Below, one piece after another: positions 41,931 through 52,537 of a stretch of 64,000 nt of DNA. This DNA comes from an uncultured Collinsella sp. (GTDB lineage: Bacteria > Actinomycetota > Coriobacteriia > Coriobacteriales > Coriobacteriaceae): the NCBI GenBank assembly GCA_958437935.1, contig CAUBPS010000008.1, forward strand, positions 24,754 to 88,753. Reading direction: 5' to 3'. Under the pieces are notes generated by a model. That model ran no database searches, was not told the origin of the DNA, and worked only from the letters and a program-made list of their open reading frames with translations. The translations under genes and the position numbers were made by a program. Each line of letters opens with the position of its first letter. Position 1 is the first letter of the stretch.

Positions 41931-42790
41931 TATTTACCGTCCAGCAGACGCAGGTGCTTAAGCGAAAGGTCGAGGATCGGCGCGGAGTGCGTCAGGGCGC
42001 CCGAGCTAATAAAATCGACGCCCAGGTCGGCCAGGGCGCGAATGTTGCCGGCGTCCACGTTGCCCGAGCACTCGGTCTTGGCGCGACCGGCGATAAGCTC
42101 GATGGCGGCGGCCATATCGTCGTGGGTCATGTTGTCGAACATGATGATGTCGGCGCCGGCCTCAACAGCCTCGCGTACCATGTCCAAGTTCTCGCACTCG
42201 ATCTCGACTGTCGTGGTAAAGGACGCATGGGCGCGCGCCATCTCGATCGCACGTGCCACGCCGCCGGCGGCGTCGATATGGTTGTCCTTGAGCATGACGG
42301 CCGTCGACAGGTTGTAGCGGTGGTTGCTGCCGCCGCCAATCTCGACTGCCGCCTTCTCGAAGACACGCATGCCCGGCGTGGTCTTGCGCGTGTCGACGAG
42401 CACAGTCTTGGTGCCCTCAAGCGCCGCGGCCATCTGGTGCGTATAGGTGGCGATGCCGCTCATGCGCTGCAGGTAGTTGAGCGCCACGCGCTCGCCCGAA
42501 AGCAGCACGCGCGCGTCGCCGCGCACCTGCCCCACATGGTCGCCGGCATGTACCTCGTCGCCGTCCGCGACATCAAACAGCACCGAGCTCTGCGAATCCA
42601 GTAGCTCGAAGGTGCGGGCGAACACATCCAGGCCGGCGATGATGCCGTCGGCCTTGGCGATGAGCTCAACGGTAGCGGGACGCGCCGTGGGGCACACGCT
42701 CGCCGTGCTCACGTCCTCAAACGTGATGTCCTCGCGCAGGGCCTGCAAAATCAGATCATCGACGACGAGCTTCATGGTAATGGGATTCAT
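41930..42790 (-). CDS. nadC: Quinolinate phosphoribosyltransferase
   Basis: ERVALN, DTRKTTPG, HR, LKDNH, SSGALTHSA. Confidence 0.95.
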   Translation of the reverse strand: MNPITMKLVVDDLILQALREDITFEDVSTASVCPTARPATVELIAKADGIIAGLDVFARTFELLDSQSSVLFDVADGDEVHAGDHVGQVRGDARVLLSGERVALNYLQRMSGIATYTHQMAAALEGTKTVLVDTRKTTPGMRVFEKAAVEIGGGSNHRYNLSTAVMLKDNHIDAAGGVARAIEMARAHASFTTTVEIECENLDMVREAVEAGADIIMFDNMTHDDMAAAIELIAGRAKTECSGNVDAGNIRALADLGVDFISSGALTHSAPILDLSLKHLRLLDGK

Positions 42791-42793
42791 GGT

Positions 42794-44170
42794 CTACTCC
42801 TCCACGGCCTGCGTGCCGGCGGCACGGGCCAAATCATCGATTGCAAGGGTATCGGCGCTCAGGGCGCGGTGACGTCCGTCGAGCGCGGGCTCGCCGGCCT
42901 GCTCCACGGCCAGCGACTCGCCGGTACGCATATACCAGGCAGCGCGGCGACCCCAGACCAGCGCCTCGAGCAGGCTGTTAGAAGCCAGGCGGTTCTTACC
43001 GTGTACGCCGTTGCAAGCCGTCTCGCCCGCGGCGTAGAGCTCGGGCATCGAGGTGCGGCCGTCCTTGTCGACCCACACGCCGCCCATAAAGTAGTGCTGC
43101 GTGGGCGTGACGGGGATGGGCTCGTCCAAGATGTCGCGGCCGTCCTCCAGGCAGCGCGCGCGGATGTTGGCGAAGTGCCCAGTCACTACGTCGCGCTCGA
43201 CGGGGGCAAAGCTCAGCCACTCGTGCTCGGTGCCGTCCTGCTTCATCTGCTCGCGGATGGCGGCGGCGACCACGTCTCGCGGCTGCAGCTCGTCGGTAAA
43301 GCGCTCGCCGGCGGCGTTGAGCAAGATCGCGCCTTCGCCTCGGCAGCTCTCGCTGATGAGGAACGTGCGGCCCGGCTGCGGCGAGAACAGGCCCGTGGGG
43401 TGAATCTGCACGTAGTCCAGGTGCTCCATCGTAATGCCGTGCTCCTGAGCGATGTAGCAAGCGTCGCCCGTGAGCTGCGGATAGTTGGTCGAGTGATCGT
43501 ACACGCCACCGATGCCGCCCGTCGCCCACAGCGTATGGCGGGCGTGAATCTCAAACGGCTCGCCGGCGTGCACGCCCTCGGCGGCACTTGCCAGCTCGTC
43601 GGCGGGACGGACCGAATCGTCCTCGTCCACGGCAACGGCGACGACACCAGTGCACACCGTGGCGCCATCGCGCTCGGCGGTCAGGATATCAGTCATGGCA
43701 ACGTGCTCCAGAATCTGCACGTTATCCAACTTGCGAACGGCTTGGAGCAGCTTGGTCGTGATCTCCTTGCCCGTAATATCGGCGTGGAAGGCGATACGCG
43801 GGCGGCTGTGCGCGCCCTCGCGGGTAAAGTCGAGGCTGCCGTCGGCCTTGCGCTCAAAGTCCACGCCCATCGCCAGCAGGTCATTGATGACCGAGCGGCT
43901 CGAGCGGATCATGATGTCGACGCTCTCGCGGCGGTTCTCGTAATGGCCGGCGTGCATGGTGTCCTCAAAGAAGGCGTCGTAGTCCGACCCTTCGGGCAGC
44001 ACGCAGATGCCGCCCTGCGCGAGCATGGAATCGCACTCGTCGACGGCGCCCTTGGAGAGCATGATCACGCGCGTGCTCGTCGGCAGATTGAGGGCCGCGT
44101 ACAGGCCCGCTACGCCGCAGCCGGCAATGACGACGTCGCACTCCATGTCGTGGTATTGCTTGGTTTCCAC
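42794..44170 (-). CDS. nadB: L-aspartate oxidase
   Basis: GCGVAG, LAQGGI, EGAHS, QIHPT, HYFMGG, HGKNRLASNSL; GTG start after GGAGAGG. Confidence 0.92.
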   Translation of the reverse strand: METKQYHDMECDVVIAGCGVAGLYAALNLPTSTRVIMLSKGAVDECDSMLAQGGICVLPEGSDYDAFFEDTMHAGHYENRRESVDIMIRSSRSVINDLLAMGVDFERKADGSLDFTREGAHSRPRIAFHADITGKEITTKLLQAVRKLDNVQILEHVAMTDILTAERDGATVCTGVVAVAVDEDDSVRPADELASAAEGVHAGEPFEIHARHTLWATGGIGGVYDHSTNYPQLTGDACYIAQEHGITMEHLDYVQIHPTGLFSPQPGRTFLISESCRGEGAILLNAAGERFTDELQPRDVVAAAIREQMKQDGTEHEWLSFAPVERDVVTGHFANIRARCLEDGRDILDEPIPVTPTQHYFMGGVWVDKDGRTSMPELYAAGETACNGVHGKNRLASNSLLEALVWGRRAAWYMRTGESLAVEQAGEPALDGRHRALSADTLAIDDLARAAGTQAVEE

Positions 44171-44225
44171 AGGAATCCTCTCCCTTGAATGTGGCATGCG
44201 GGACCGTCCCTCATGCCACATTGTT

Positions 44226-45251
44226 TTAGCGCGCTGCGTACTCGAGCATGCGGTCGAGCGTGAGCTTGGCCTGGTCGGCGGCCTCGTCCGACACGCCGAT
44301 CTGCACCTCGCCCTCGCCCGTCTCCAGGCAGCGCACGAGCTTTTCGAGCGTGATGAGATCCATGTTGACGCAGGTGGGCTGCACCGCGGGGAAGTAGAAC
44401 TTCTTGCCGGCGCCCTGGCAGCGGCGCTCGAGCTCGTAGAGCACGCCGCGGACCGTCACGATAATGAACTCGCTCGCGTCCGACTCCTCGGCGTACTTGA
44501 TGATGCCGGCGGTAGAGCCGATGTAGTCGGCCTCGGCAAGAACATCGGCCTTGCACTCGGGGTGCGCCAGCACGAGCGCATTGGGGTGCGCCTCCGTCGC
44601 ATCGACGATCTGCTCGACGGTGATGATGTGGTGGCGCGGGCAGTAGCCCTTGTTGAGGATGACATGCTTTTGGGGCACCTGCTCGGCTACGAAACGACCA
44701 AGGTTTTGGTCGGGAATGAACAGGATGTGCTGCTGCGGCAACTCGGAGACGATCTTGACGGCGTTAGAGCTGGTAACGCACACGTCACTCCAGCTCTTGA
44801 TCTCGACCGTCGAGTTGACGTAGCACACCACGGCAAGGTCGTCGCCATACTCGGCGCGGGCCGCGTCGACCGTCTCGCGCTTGACCATGTGCGCCATGGG
44901 ACAGTCCGCGCCCGGCTCGGGCAGCAGCACGGTCTTGGTGGGATTGAGCAGCTTGGCGCTCTCGCCCATAAACTCCACGCCGCACAGCACGATGGTCTGC
45001 TGCGGCAGGCTCTTGGCGAGCTTTGCCAGGTAGAAGCTGTCACCGACGTAGTCGGCCACGGCCTGGACCTCGGGCGCCACGTAATAATGTGCTAGGATCA
45101 CCGCGTCGCGTTGGGTTTTTAGTTGCTGAATGGCCTCGACGAGCTCTGCGGGCACCAGTGCCGCGCGCTCCGTTGCCGTCGTTGCCGATGCCAGGCCGGC
45201 CGCAATATCGCGTGCAAGCTCCGATGCATCCATGTTCGCGCTCTGTGCCAT
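44226..45251 (-). CDS. nadA: Quinolinate synthase
   Basis: ILAHYY, GDSF, CGVEFM, YVNS, TSSNA, AHPEC, three Cys ligands. Confidence 0.95.
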   Translation of the reverse strand: MAQSANMDASELARDIAAGLASATTATERAALVPAELVEAIQQLKTQRDAVILAHYYVAPEVQAVADYVGDSFYLAKLAKSLPQQTIVLCGVEFMGESAKLLNPTKTVLLPEPGADCPMAHMVKRETVDAARAEYGDDLAVVCYVNSTVEIKSWSDVCVTSSNAVKIVSELPQQHILFIPDQNLGRFVAEQVPQKHVILNKGYCPRHHIITVEQIVDATEAHPNALVLAHPECKADVLAEADYIGSTAGIIKYAEESDASEFIIVTVRGVLYELERRCQGAGKKFYFPAVQPTCVNMDLITLEKLVRCLETGEGEVQIGVSDEAADQAKLTLDRMLEYAAR

Positions 45252-45292
45252 CAAGGCCCCTCTCTTTTGGCGAATCTTGGGGCTTTAGTATG

Positions 45293-45336
45293 ACACCTAG
45301 GTTTACAGCTGACAAGACAGCTGTAAACCTAGGTGT
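45293..45336. promoter_or_regulatory. Candidate NiaR operator
   Basis: Perfect 19-bp arms ACACCTAGGTTTACAGCTG-N6-CAGCTGTAAACCTAGGTGT upstream of nadA. Confidence 0.7.
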
Positions 45337-45413
45337 AAAGTTGTAATAAAGATTCAATTAATAGGCGGTTCTTTAAATTATAACCCCCTGCTTTGTACCC
45401 TCGCCAAAGGGCA

Positions 45414-45621
45414 GTGGGCAAAAAATGACAAATATGAGTACTGTTACCAAATTAGTAGCAGCGATTTTCGGTCTGCCAGGCCCCTAAATCGCCCTTTTGG
45501 GCTCAAAACCCAGCGACAGACACCCCAAAATCATCCCCATGGAGCCCTCTGGGCACGTTTTGAGCCTCATTTCGCTGTTACTAAAATAGTGACAGTACTC
45601 ATATTTGCCATTTTTGCCCAC
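45414..45621. mobile_element. MITE-like element with ~50-bp imperfect terminal inverted repeats
   Basis: GTGGGCAAAAAATGACAAATATGAGTACTGTTAC... pairs with ...GTGACAGTACTCATATTTGCCATTTTTGCCCAC; no convincing ORF. Confidence 0.5.
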
Positions 45622-45639
45622 GAGGCTTCGCAGCGGCAC

Positions 45640-45673
45640 AAAAAAGGGGCCCGGATGGCGAAATCCGGGCCCC
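45640..45673 (-). terminator. Terminator after the surface protein gene
   Basis: GGGGCCCGGAT/ATCCGGGCCCC stem with A6 on the left. Confidence 0.7.
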
Positions 45674-45691
45674 AGGGGGATAAGGAGGCGA

Positions 45692-48600
45692 CTAGGCGCG
45701 GCGCCTCATGGCGTATGCCAGCAGCAGGACTGCCACGCCTGCCGCAAGTACGCCACCAGCCATGGCGTACATCCCATCGCCGACCGAAGGCAAGGTGCCC
45801 TTGCCAGTCTTCTTCTTGGACTTAGAAGACGTGGTCGTCGTGGTGGTCGTGGTCTGGCTCGGGCCGGGCGTCGGCGTCGGCTTGGCGGCCTCGGCAATGG
45901 TAAAGGTCGTCTCGGCCGTGCCCGTGGTCGAAACCACGCTCAGCTTGTGCTCACCCACACCAAGCGTCTTCACGAAGCTCGTCTTGAGCGTCACGATTGT
46001 AGAGCCCGAGGTAAGAACGAAGTTATCAGCACCGACTTCCATGTCGTCGACCAGTACCGTCTTGAAGTACTTGATCGGCGCGTTCGAACGGAAGCTCAGG
46101 TCCTTGGCGGTGTCGACCGTAATCGCCTGGCCTGCGCCCTCAATGATCGTGGGGGCCAGGATCGCGATGTCCTCGGTCTTGCCCTTCTCGCCGCAGACAG
46201 TGCACTCCTGGTGCCTCTCGCCCTTGGCCTCGGTGGTCGCCGGCTTGTCGACGACCCACTCAAAGGCGTGCTCAGCCTTGTCGAGGATCTCGCCGCAGCG
46301 GCAGATGTGCCAGTGAGCCTTGGCGTCGTGCGCCCAGCCGGAGCCGTCGGGCTCGTGCTTGAGGACGCCATCGACCGTCACGTTCACATCGCCCTCGACA
46401 TCCTTGAGCTCATAGGTGCCGTCGTCGGAGAGCTTAACGGCCTTGCCGTTGACGTTGACGGCGTAGTCCTTGCCCGTAAAGTACGCGCTATCGATGCTGA
46501 TGGCGAGCTTTGCGGAGCCGTGCCAGTCGAGCTCGGTCGCCGTCGAGGTGAGCGTGTAGCCTACCTGGTTGCTTGGCAGCGTCACGACGAGTTTGCGGCC
46601 CGCCTTCACGGTGAGCTCGGTGGCGGGAGACTCGTCATAGTTGGCCTTAGCCTGGTAGCGTACCTCGTACACACCGGCGGCAAGGTCCTTGAGCTCAGTC
46701 ACGTCCTTGCCCACGGCCTGATACCCAGCAGCACCCTGGGCACGCCACTCCATGGTGGCATCGATACCCGTGATCTTGCCGTCCTTCTTGCCGCTCACGG
46801 TCTCGGCGGTTGCCTGAACCACCGGCGCGTCCTGTGCGGCGTTCTTGATGGAGAACTCGCAGGTCAGGCCCTCGGCGGGCAGCACGTAGTTGCCCGCAGC
46901 CTTGCCCGTCAGCTCGGCGAGGGTCGCCGTATAGGTGCCGACCTCGGTCTGGGAACCGTCAACGAATGCGCCAAGGTCATCCTTGCCGATAACATTGCCG
47001 AGCGTGGCCACGGGGCAGTGCTCCTTGCCGTCGTAGACGAACTCGGTGGTACCCCACGTCACGGTGAGCAGGCGTTGGTTGATGGTGAACATGCCGTCGA
47101 CGAACGTAATCTCGTAGTTGGGGTTCGCACCCTCGGGCTGCGTCAGCTGCAGCTTATAGCCGCCGTCGCGTACGTCGTCGCTATCCTCGCGCTCGATCTC
47201 GAGCTCAAGTGTCTCGTCTTTGACGAGCTCGCCAGCGGTGACCGACCACTCAAAGACGGGGTCTTTCTCGCCGTAGGTCTTGGAGGCGTTCTGAGCGGTG
47301 ACCGTGATCGCACGCGGCTTGACCTCGAGCGTCACCTGACCCTCAACCGTCGCACCGCCAATCATCACCCTATAGGCAACGTCCAGCGTGCCGGCGTCCT
47401 TGATCTCGGGGGCAGCGGTAGACCAGGTCTTGCCGTCGTCGGTGCTGTACTCGGCCGTCGCGCCCTCGGGCAGCGCCGAGGCATTGACCGTGTGATACGC
47501 GCCGTCGTACTCGTCGGAGTAACCAGAAATGGCAGCAGCCGGGATCTCCTCACCGGGGAGCTCGTATCCGCAGACGACACACTGCTTGTGACCAAAGCCC
47601 TTCTCGGTCGCCGTGGGAGGCGTGTCAACAACCCACGTAAAGGTGTGCGCGGCCTCGTCGGCCTTGCCGCCGCAGGTGCACTCGTGCCAGTGCGTGTTGC
47701 CATCGGAGAGCCACGCGTCCTTCACAGCCTCGTGCTTGCGCACGCCCTCGACCGTCACCTTCACGTCACCCTCGACGTCCTGGACGGCGAACTCGCCGCG
47801 GTCGTTGAGCGCCACGGCGTCTTCGTTGACCTTAACAACGTAGGCAGAGGGGTCGGCGAAGTAGCCGTCCTCGATGCTGATAGTAAGAGTAGCGAAGCCG
47901 TGCCAGTCAAGCTCGGTCGCGTCAGCCGTGAGCTTGTAGCCGACCTGTTCGGCGGGCAGCGTCACGGCGAGCTTACGGCCTGCGGCAACCGTGACCTTAG
48001 TCGCGGTAGAAGCTTCGTGGTTGTCATCGGCGCGGTAGCGCACTTCGTACGTGCCCGCGGCAAGGCCGCTGAGCTCGGCCACGCCTTCGGGCACAGCCTG
48101 ATACTCGCCCGAGTCCTTGGCGCGCCACTCCATGGTGGCGTCGACAGCCGTGATCTTGCCGTCAGCCTTGGCGCTGACGGTCTCGGCCACACCCTGAACC
48201 ACCGGTGCGCCCTTGGGCGCCTTCTTGATAGAGAACTCGCACGTCAGGCCCGTTGCCGGCAGCTTGTAGTTGCCCTTGTCGACGCCCGTCAGCTCGGTGA
48301 TGGTCGCCGTATGTTTGCCGGCCTTGACCGCGCCGCCGTCGACGTACGCACCGAGCTTATCGTCACCGACGACGTTGCCGAGGTCCGCCTGGGGGCAGTG
48401 CTCCTCGCCGTCGTAGGTGAACTCAGTGGTGGCGTCCCACTTCACGGTGAGCTCGCGCTTATCGATAGTGAACGTGCCGGGCTTGAACGTAATCTCGTAG
48501 TTGGGGTTGGCACCGTCGGCTTGCGACGCCGTCACGGCGTAGCCGCCCTTGCGCACGGTCTCGCCGCCCTCGCGGGAGACGGTGATGTCCTGGAGGGACT

Positions 48601-51600
48601 CGCCCTCGACGAGCTCGCCCTTGGTGACCTTCCAGCCCAGAGCAGGATCATCGTTGCCGTAGGCCTTGGAGGCATCCAAAGCCGATACCGTAATCGCGAG
48701 CGGAGTAACCTCGAGCGTCACTTGACCCTCGACCGTCGTGCCGTCAATTGTGACGCGATAGTCGACCGTCATATTGCTGGCGTCCTTGATGCTGGGAGCA
48801 ACGTTCGTCCATCTGCCACCGGCAGCCTTGTACTCGACGACGGCGCCCGCGGGCAGGGCCGAGATATCGACAAAGTGCTCCTTGCCATCGTACTTGCCGG
48901 AGTAACCCTTAACAGCAAGAGCGGGGATCTCAACCGCACCCGACTCGTGACCACACACGGAGCACGTCCCATGCTTGGAACCGACCTCAGTAACCGTCGG
49001 TTGCTTGTCGATCGTCCAGTTGAACGTATGCTCGGCGTACATCCGAATCTTGCGGGTTTGCAGGTTGTTGGCAGAATCCGTAGCCACGATTGCATGCTCA
49101 GTGCCAGCATCGCCTTCATCAGCCTTAACTGTGTACCGGCCGTTCTTATCAGCCTGGAGCTCCTTGCCGTTATCAGTGACCGTCACCGTCTCGTCACGGT
49201 CATCGAACACGTCGAACGAAACGCTATCGCAATAGGCATCGTCTTCGTAAAGGTCATAAATGGTGGGCGCTTCGGTGTCAACGTAGGTATAGGACTCTGT
49301 GTAATACCACTTTATGCCGCAAACCCTGCACACCTTTTGACGGACACCGTCGAAGTCGGGCGTTGCCGGCATAATGATCTCGTGCTTCCACCTGCAGCTC
49401 TGACGGTCTAGAATCTGATCGCAGTTCTGGCAAACCTTAACGTGTACCCCTGGATCGTTCTGTTTCCAAACAGCATTGGTTGCATCGGAATGGGGCCCCT
49501 TCTCGATTTTGACCTCGGTATCGGCCGACGCATTGTGGTTGTAGTCAGCGGCATAGCGGACGTAGTACGTTCCCGACTTCGCAAGACCAGTCAGCTTGCC
49601 GTCAGACGCAATCTCCTGGTATTCCCTGCTCAACTCGTAGCGGTATTCCATTTTCTCGGTAACGCCCGAGATAGAACCGTCATTACTGTTGCACGTGGTC
49701 CAGTTATTGCCCACGAGCTCAGCCGGCGCCTTCTGGTCGGCCTTGAAAATCTTCACAGTCGCGCTGTCCGTAACTGTCAGGTAGCCAGAAGCCGTCACGC
49801 GGTAGTAGATCGTGCGCTCGCCCGCGCTGCGATACGTCGGCTTTTCCGTCGTCCAATCTCCGCCGTCTTCACGGTACTCGATCTTCATACCCGCCGGAAC
49901 GGGGTCATTCTTAACGTTGACCGTAATGCCATGCTTTTCGCCGTCATAGGCACCGTCGAAGTCAATGACCTCAAGGTCGAAACGCGCAACGTCAACGATC
50001 TTCCACGAGAGCTTAAAGCTCTTGGCATAGTTGCCCTTGCCATTAACGTAGCACTCATACTCGCCCGGCTCGGTCTTGACCAAGTCTCCGGTCAGCTCAA
50101 AGTCCGTTCCCTCTACGAGCTTAATCTCCTCGCCGGCACCGTTAGTGAACGTTGCGCTCGCAATGATCGGCCTATGCTCTTTCTCATCGTAGGTGTATTT
50201 ACCGTCATCCTTGAGGGTGAACTTGAAACCACCCTTATTGTTCTTATATAGGTTACGCGGCACGATTTCGAAAGCCCTCTTGCCCTCGAACGTTTTGCCA
50301 TAGCTGGGAGAACCACTGGATGTCTTGTACGACACCACCAAGTAGTAATGGCCCGCATCCTTGGGCGCGCTCTTGAGCACGGTGCCGCCCTCACACGCCT
50401 CAGCCTTTTCCTCCGTCTCGCACTTATACCACGTCACGTCAGCAGCTGTGACACCCATCATTGCAAGGTTATCCTGCTCGTACTTATCCATCGACAACTG
50501 AATTGGCTCGTCATCGTAAACGTATCCGGTCTGACCATTATTGTTCGAAGACTTAGCTGACATAGCGAGCGTATACGAGGCGGTAAGCTTCTTCCTATAG
50601 GGGCACTCGTCGCTATTGACCTGCCCCACACATTCGGCCTCAATGTTGAGCCCATTCGCCGATTTAATCTGCCACACGCACTGGTGGACGGGCTTGCGGA
50701 AGGTGAGATCGCCGTTGATGTTCACAATCTCATAGTCATCGGTGTAAGCGCCATAGTCCTTCGGACCATCTGCCTTAATCCCCTTAATCGCGTTGCCCGA
50801 GTCACACTTGCCGAGGAAGCGCGACGAAAAAGGATCGTTGCCTTCAACCTCAGCAACGGTCACCAAGACACCCACATTAGAGTAGGCGCTGAATCCGCTC
50901 GCAAGATTAAGCGCAGGAACGGAATCGTCCGCATTCTTTTTCTTGGGAATGTAAATGCTCTTTGCTGTGCCGGTCGCAATATCGGCATTGGTATACCCGT
51001 CGCCCTCTTCCTTATCGCCAGCAGCAGCGTTCTTGTGATAACTCGCAATCTCCGGCTTGCCGTCCAGTGTCAAAGAACCCGCAACATAGGCCATGCATGT
51101 ATTGCCGCGCGCACCGTAGCGTTCAATCGTGCCGCCGTTTATGTTGCAGCGCGCGCTTCGTGCGACATTGAGAGCATCAACCGTCAAGGTGCTGTCTGCC
51201 GAGCTCGAACGCGCACTATGGAAATCCTTCATCGTGCAGTTATTGAGATTAAGCGTAGCGTTGGTGACGCCCATCACTCCAGCAACAGCATACGTATTCA
51301 GATAATTGGTATTAGTGAGACAAGGGGTTTCTTCGACTGACGCATAGCTCTTGCTTGCCTGCTTGACGCCCCGTCTATCGCCGCCCGCGGTACCAAAATT
51401 GCAGCCGCTGAACGTCGCTGTCAGCTTTGAGACAGCACTTCCATCCGTAGGCATCCTATAGCTGCTATTGCCATCGATGGAAACGGCACCGTTGAGGTCA
51501 CCGGACACGTCACGGAACTCACAGTTGTTAAAAGTCGCTTTGAAGGAATGGGTGTTGCCGCCATCCGAATTATTCCAGCCCTCACGGAAGAGATGTACGG

Positions 51601-52294
51601 GGACGGCATACTCTTCGCGATTGCCCGCCACTGCACCCGATTTGCCAACATAGCCTTGGATCTTCAGTTCTTCGAACTTGGCGGTCAGCTCGCCCTCGGT
51701 GCCGCCCAAGGAAATCGCGGGCACCTTTTGTTCTTTCGCGCTGCTGTACGAGAGGAAGAAGTTCTCCGAGTCGTCGCCAACCCCCAGGCTAACCGAGATA
51801 TCCCCCGATGCATTCTTGTAGACCCCGTCGTAATAACGGTCGGTCAAAAACCCGCTTACGGACTGACGCACTCCACTCTTATCATGGAAGCTGACGCACG
51901 GATTGTTGATACCGACGAACTCGATATTGCTGCCCTGTTTAATGTTGAACAGCCATCGCTCTTGACCGAGCGACGAGTTCGTATAATCGTTCACGTAGAC
52001 CGTGCCATCGATGTAAATCGTCACGGGGTGATACGAAGTCGCGTTCGGGACGTCGATGACGTAGCCCGCAGACGGCGTGGTCTGATTTTCGCTCGTCCTG
52101 AGGACATAGCAACCAGGCTCAGTGATTGTAACCGGCTCTTTGCCGCCCTGCCCAAGCGACAGAACCTCTGTATTAGCAGGCACCCGCGTCTCGGCGCTGG
52201 CCACCGCCGGCGTTGCCACGAGCGTGCATGCCATGGCGACGATGCCCAGCAGGCGCGTCAGCACGGCGCGCGTCCCCATCTTCTTCTCCCTCAT
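45692..52294 (-). CDS. Large cell-wall-anchored repeat protein (MBG-like and Cys/His modules)
   Basis: Signal peptide ending AVASA; ASK(A/T)YG..DP..NPNYEITF modules; LPSVG + TM + RRR sorting signal. Confidence 0.85.
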   Translation of the reverse strand: MREKKMGTRAVLTRLLGIVAMACTLVATPAVASAETRVPANTEVLSLGQGGKEPVTITEPGCYVLRTSENQTTPSAGYVIDVPNATSYHPVTIYIDGTVYVNDYTNSSLGQERWLFNIKQGSNIEFVGINNPCVSFHDKSGVRQSVSGFLTDRYYDGVYKNASGDISVSLGVGDDSENFFLSYSSAKEQKVPAISLGGTEGELTAKFEELKIQGYVGKSGAVAGNREEYAVPVHLFREGWNNSDGGNTHSFKATFNNCEFRDVSGDLNGAVSIDGNSSYRMPTDGSAVSKLTATFSGCNFGTAGGDRRGVKQASKSYASVEETPCLTNTNYLNTYAVAGVMGVTNATLNLNNCTMKDFHSARSSSADSTLTVDALNVARSARCNINGGTIERYGARGNTCMAYVAGSLTLDGKPEIASYHKNAAAGDKEEGDGYTNADIATGTAKSIYIPKKKNADDSVPALNLASGFSAYSNVGVLVTVAEVEGNDPFSSRFLGKCDSGNAIKGIKADGPKDYGAYTDDYEIVNINGDLTFRKPVHQCVWQIKSANGLNIEAECVGQVNSDECPYRKKLTASYTLAMSAKSSNNNGQTGYVYDDEPIQLSMDKYEQDNLAMMGVTAADVTWYKCETEEKAEACEGGTVLKSAPKDAGHYYLVVSYKTSSGSPSYGKTFEGKRAFEIVPRNLYKNNKGGFKFTLKDDGKYTYDEKEHRPIIASATFTNGAGEEIKLVEGTDFELTGDLVKTEPGEYECYVNGKGNYAKSFKLSWKIVDVARFDLEVIDFDGAYDGEKHGITVNVKNDPVPAGMKIEYREDGGDWTTEKPTYRSAGERTIYYRVTASGYLTVTDSATVKIFKADQKAPAELVGNNWTTCNSNDGSISGVTEKMEYRYELSREYQEIASDGKLTGLAKSGTYYVRYAADYNHNASADTEVKIEKGPHSDATNAVWKQNDPGVHVKVCQNCDQILDRQSCRWKHEIIMPATPDFDGVRQKVCRVCGIKWYYTESYTYVDTEAPTIYDLYEDDAYCDSVSFDVFDDRDETVTVTDNGKELQADKNGRYTVKADEGDAGTEHAIVATDSANNLQTRKIRMYAEHTFNWTIDKQPTVTEVGSKHGTCSVCGHESGAVEIPALAVKGYSGKYDGKEHFVDISALPAGAVVEYKAAGGRWTNVAPSIKDASNMTVDYRVTIDGTTVEGQVTLEVTPLAITVSALDASKAYGNDDPALGWKVTKGELVEGESLQDITVSREGGETVRKGGYAVTASQADGANPNYEITFKPGTFTIDKRELTVKWDATTEFTYDGEEHCPQADLGNVVGDDKLGAYVDGGAVKAGKHTATITELTGVDKGNYKLPATGLTCEFSIKKAPKGAPVVQGVAETVSAKADGKITAVDATMEWRAKDSGEYQAVPEGVAELSGLAAGTYEVRYRADDNHEASTATKVTVAAGRKLAVTLPAEQVGYKLTADATELDWHGFATLTISIEDGYFADPSAYVVKVNEDAVALNDRGEFAVQDVEGDVKVTVEGVRKHEAVKDAWLSDGNTHWHECTCGGKADEAAHTFTWVVDTPPTATEKGFGHKQCVVCGYELPGEEIPAAAISGYSDEYDGAYHTVNASALPEGATAEYSTDDGKTWSTAAPEIKDAGTLDVAYRVMIGGATVEGQVTLEVKPRAITVTAQNASKTYGEKDPVFEWSVTAGELVKDETLELEIEREDSDDVRDGGYKLQLTQPEGANPNYEITFVDGMFTINQRLLTVTWGTTEFVYDGKEHCPVATLGNVIGKDDLGAFVDGSQTEVGTYTATLAELTGKAAGNYVLPAEGLTCEFSIKNAAQDAPVVQATAETVSGKKDGKITGIDATMEWRAQGAAGYQAVGKDVTELKDLAAGVYEVRYQAKANYDESPATELTVKAGRKLVVTLPSNQVGYTLTSTATELDWHGSAKLAISIDSAYFTGKDYAVNVNGKAVKLSDDGTYELKDVEGDVNVTVDGVLKHEPDGSGWAHDAKAHWHICRCGEILDKAEHAFEWVVDKPATTEAKGERHQECTVCGEKGKTEDIAILAPTIIEGAGQAITVDTAKDLSFRSNAPIKYFKTVLVDDMEVGADNFVLTSGSTIVTLKTSFVKTLGVGEHKLSVVSTTGTAETTFTIAEAAKPTPTPGPSQTTTTTTTTSSKSKKKTGKGTLPSVGDGMYAMAGGVLAAGVAVLLLAYAMRRRA

Positions 52295-52537
52295 CGTGCA
52301 GCTCCCCTTATCCCTATTCTTCGCGATGCACGGCATCGCTTGGCACTGGCGGCTGGCATAATCCCCGGCCAGCCACCAGCATCTGTTGACATGTTTATCC
52401 ACGAATTATTTTGCGGCGGCACTTTCTAACACCCTGCCGCTCGGCGCGAGTTGCACACCGTGGGGCGCAAATGGGATGCGCCTCCGCAAGCGGTACGCGC
52501 CCGATATGGCAAAATCGAACTACAAAGGGGGCTCAGA

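Noticed and set aside
45605..49411. 1268-aa plus-strand ORF
   Set aside because: Antisense shadow of the surface protein gene
52295..52537. LytTR direct-repeat boxes
   Set aside because: Only weak CGCAA repeats 19 bp apart; not convincing
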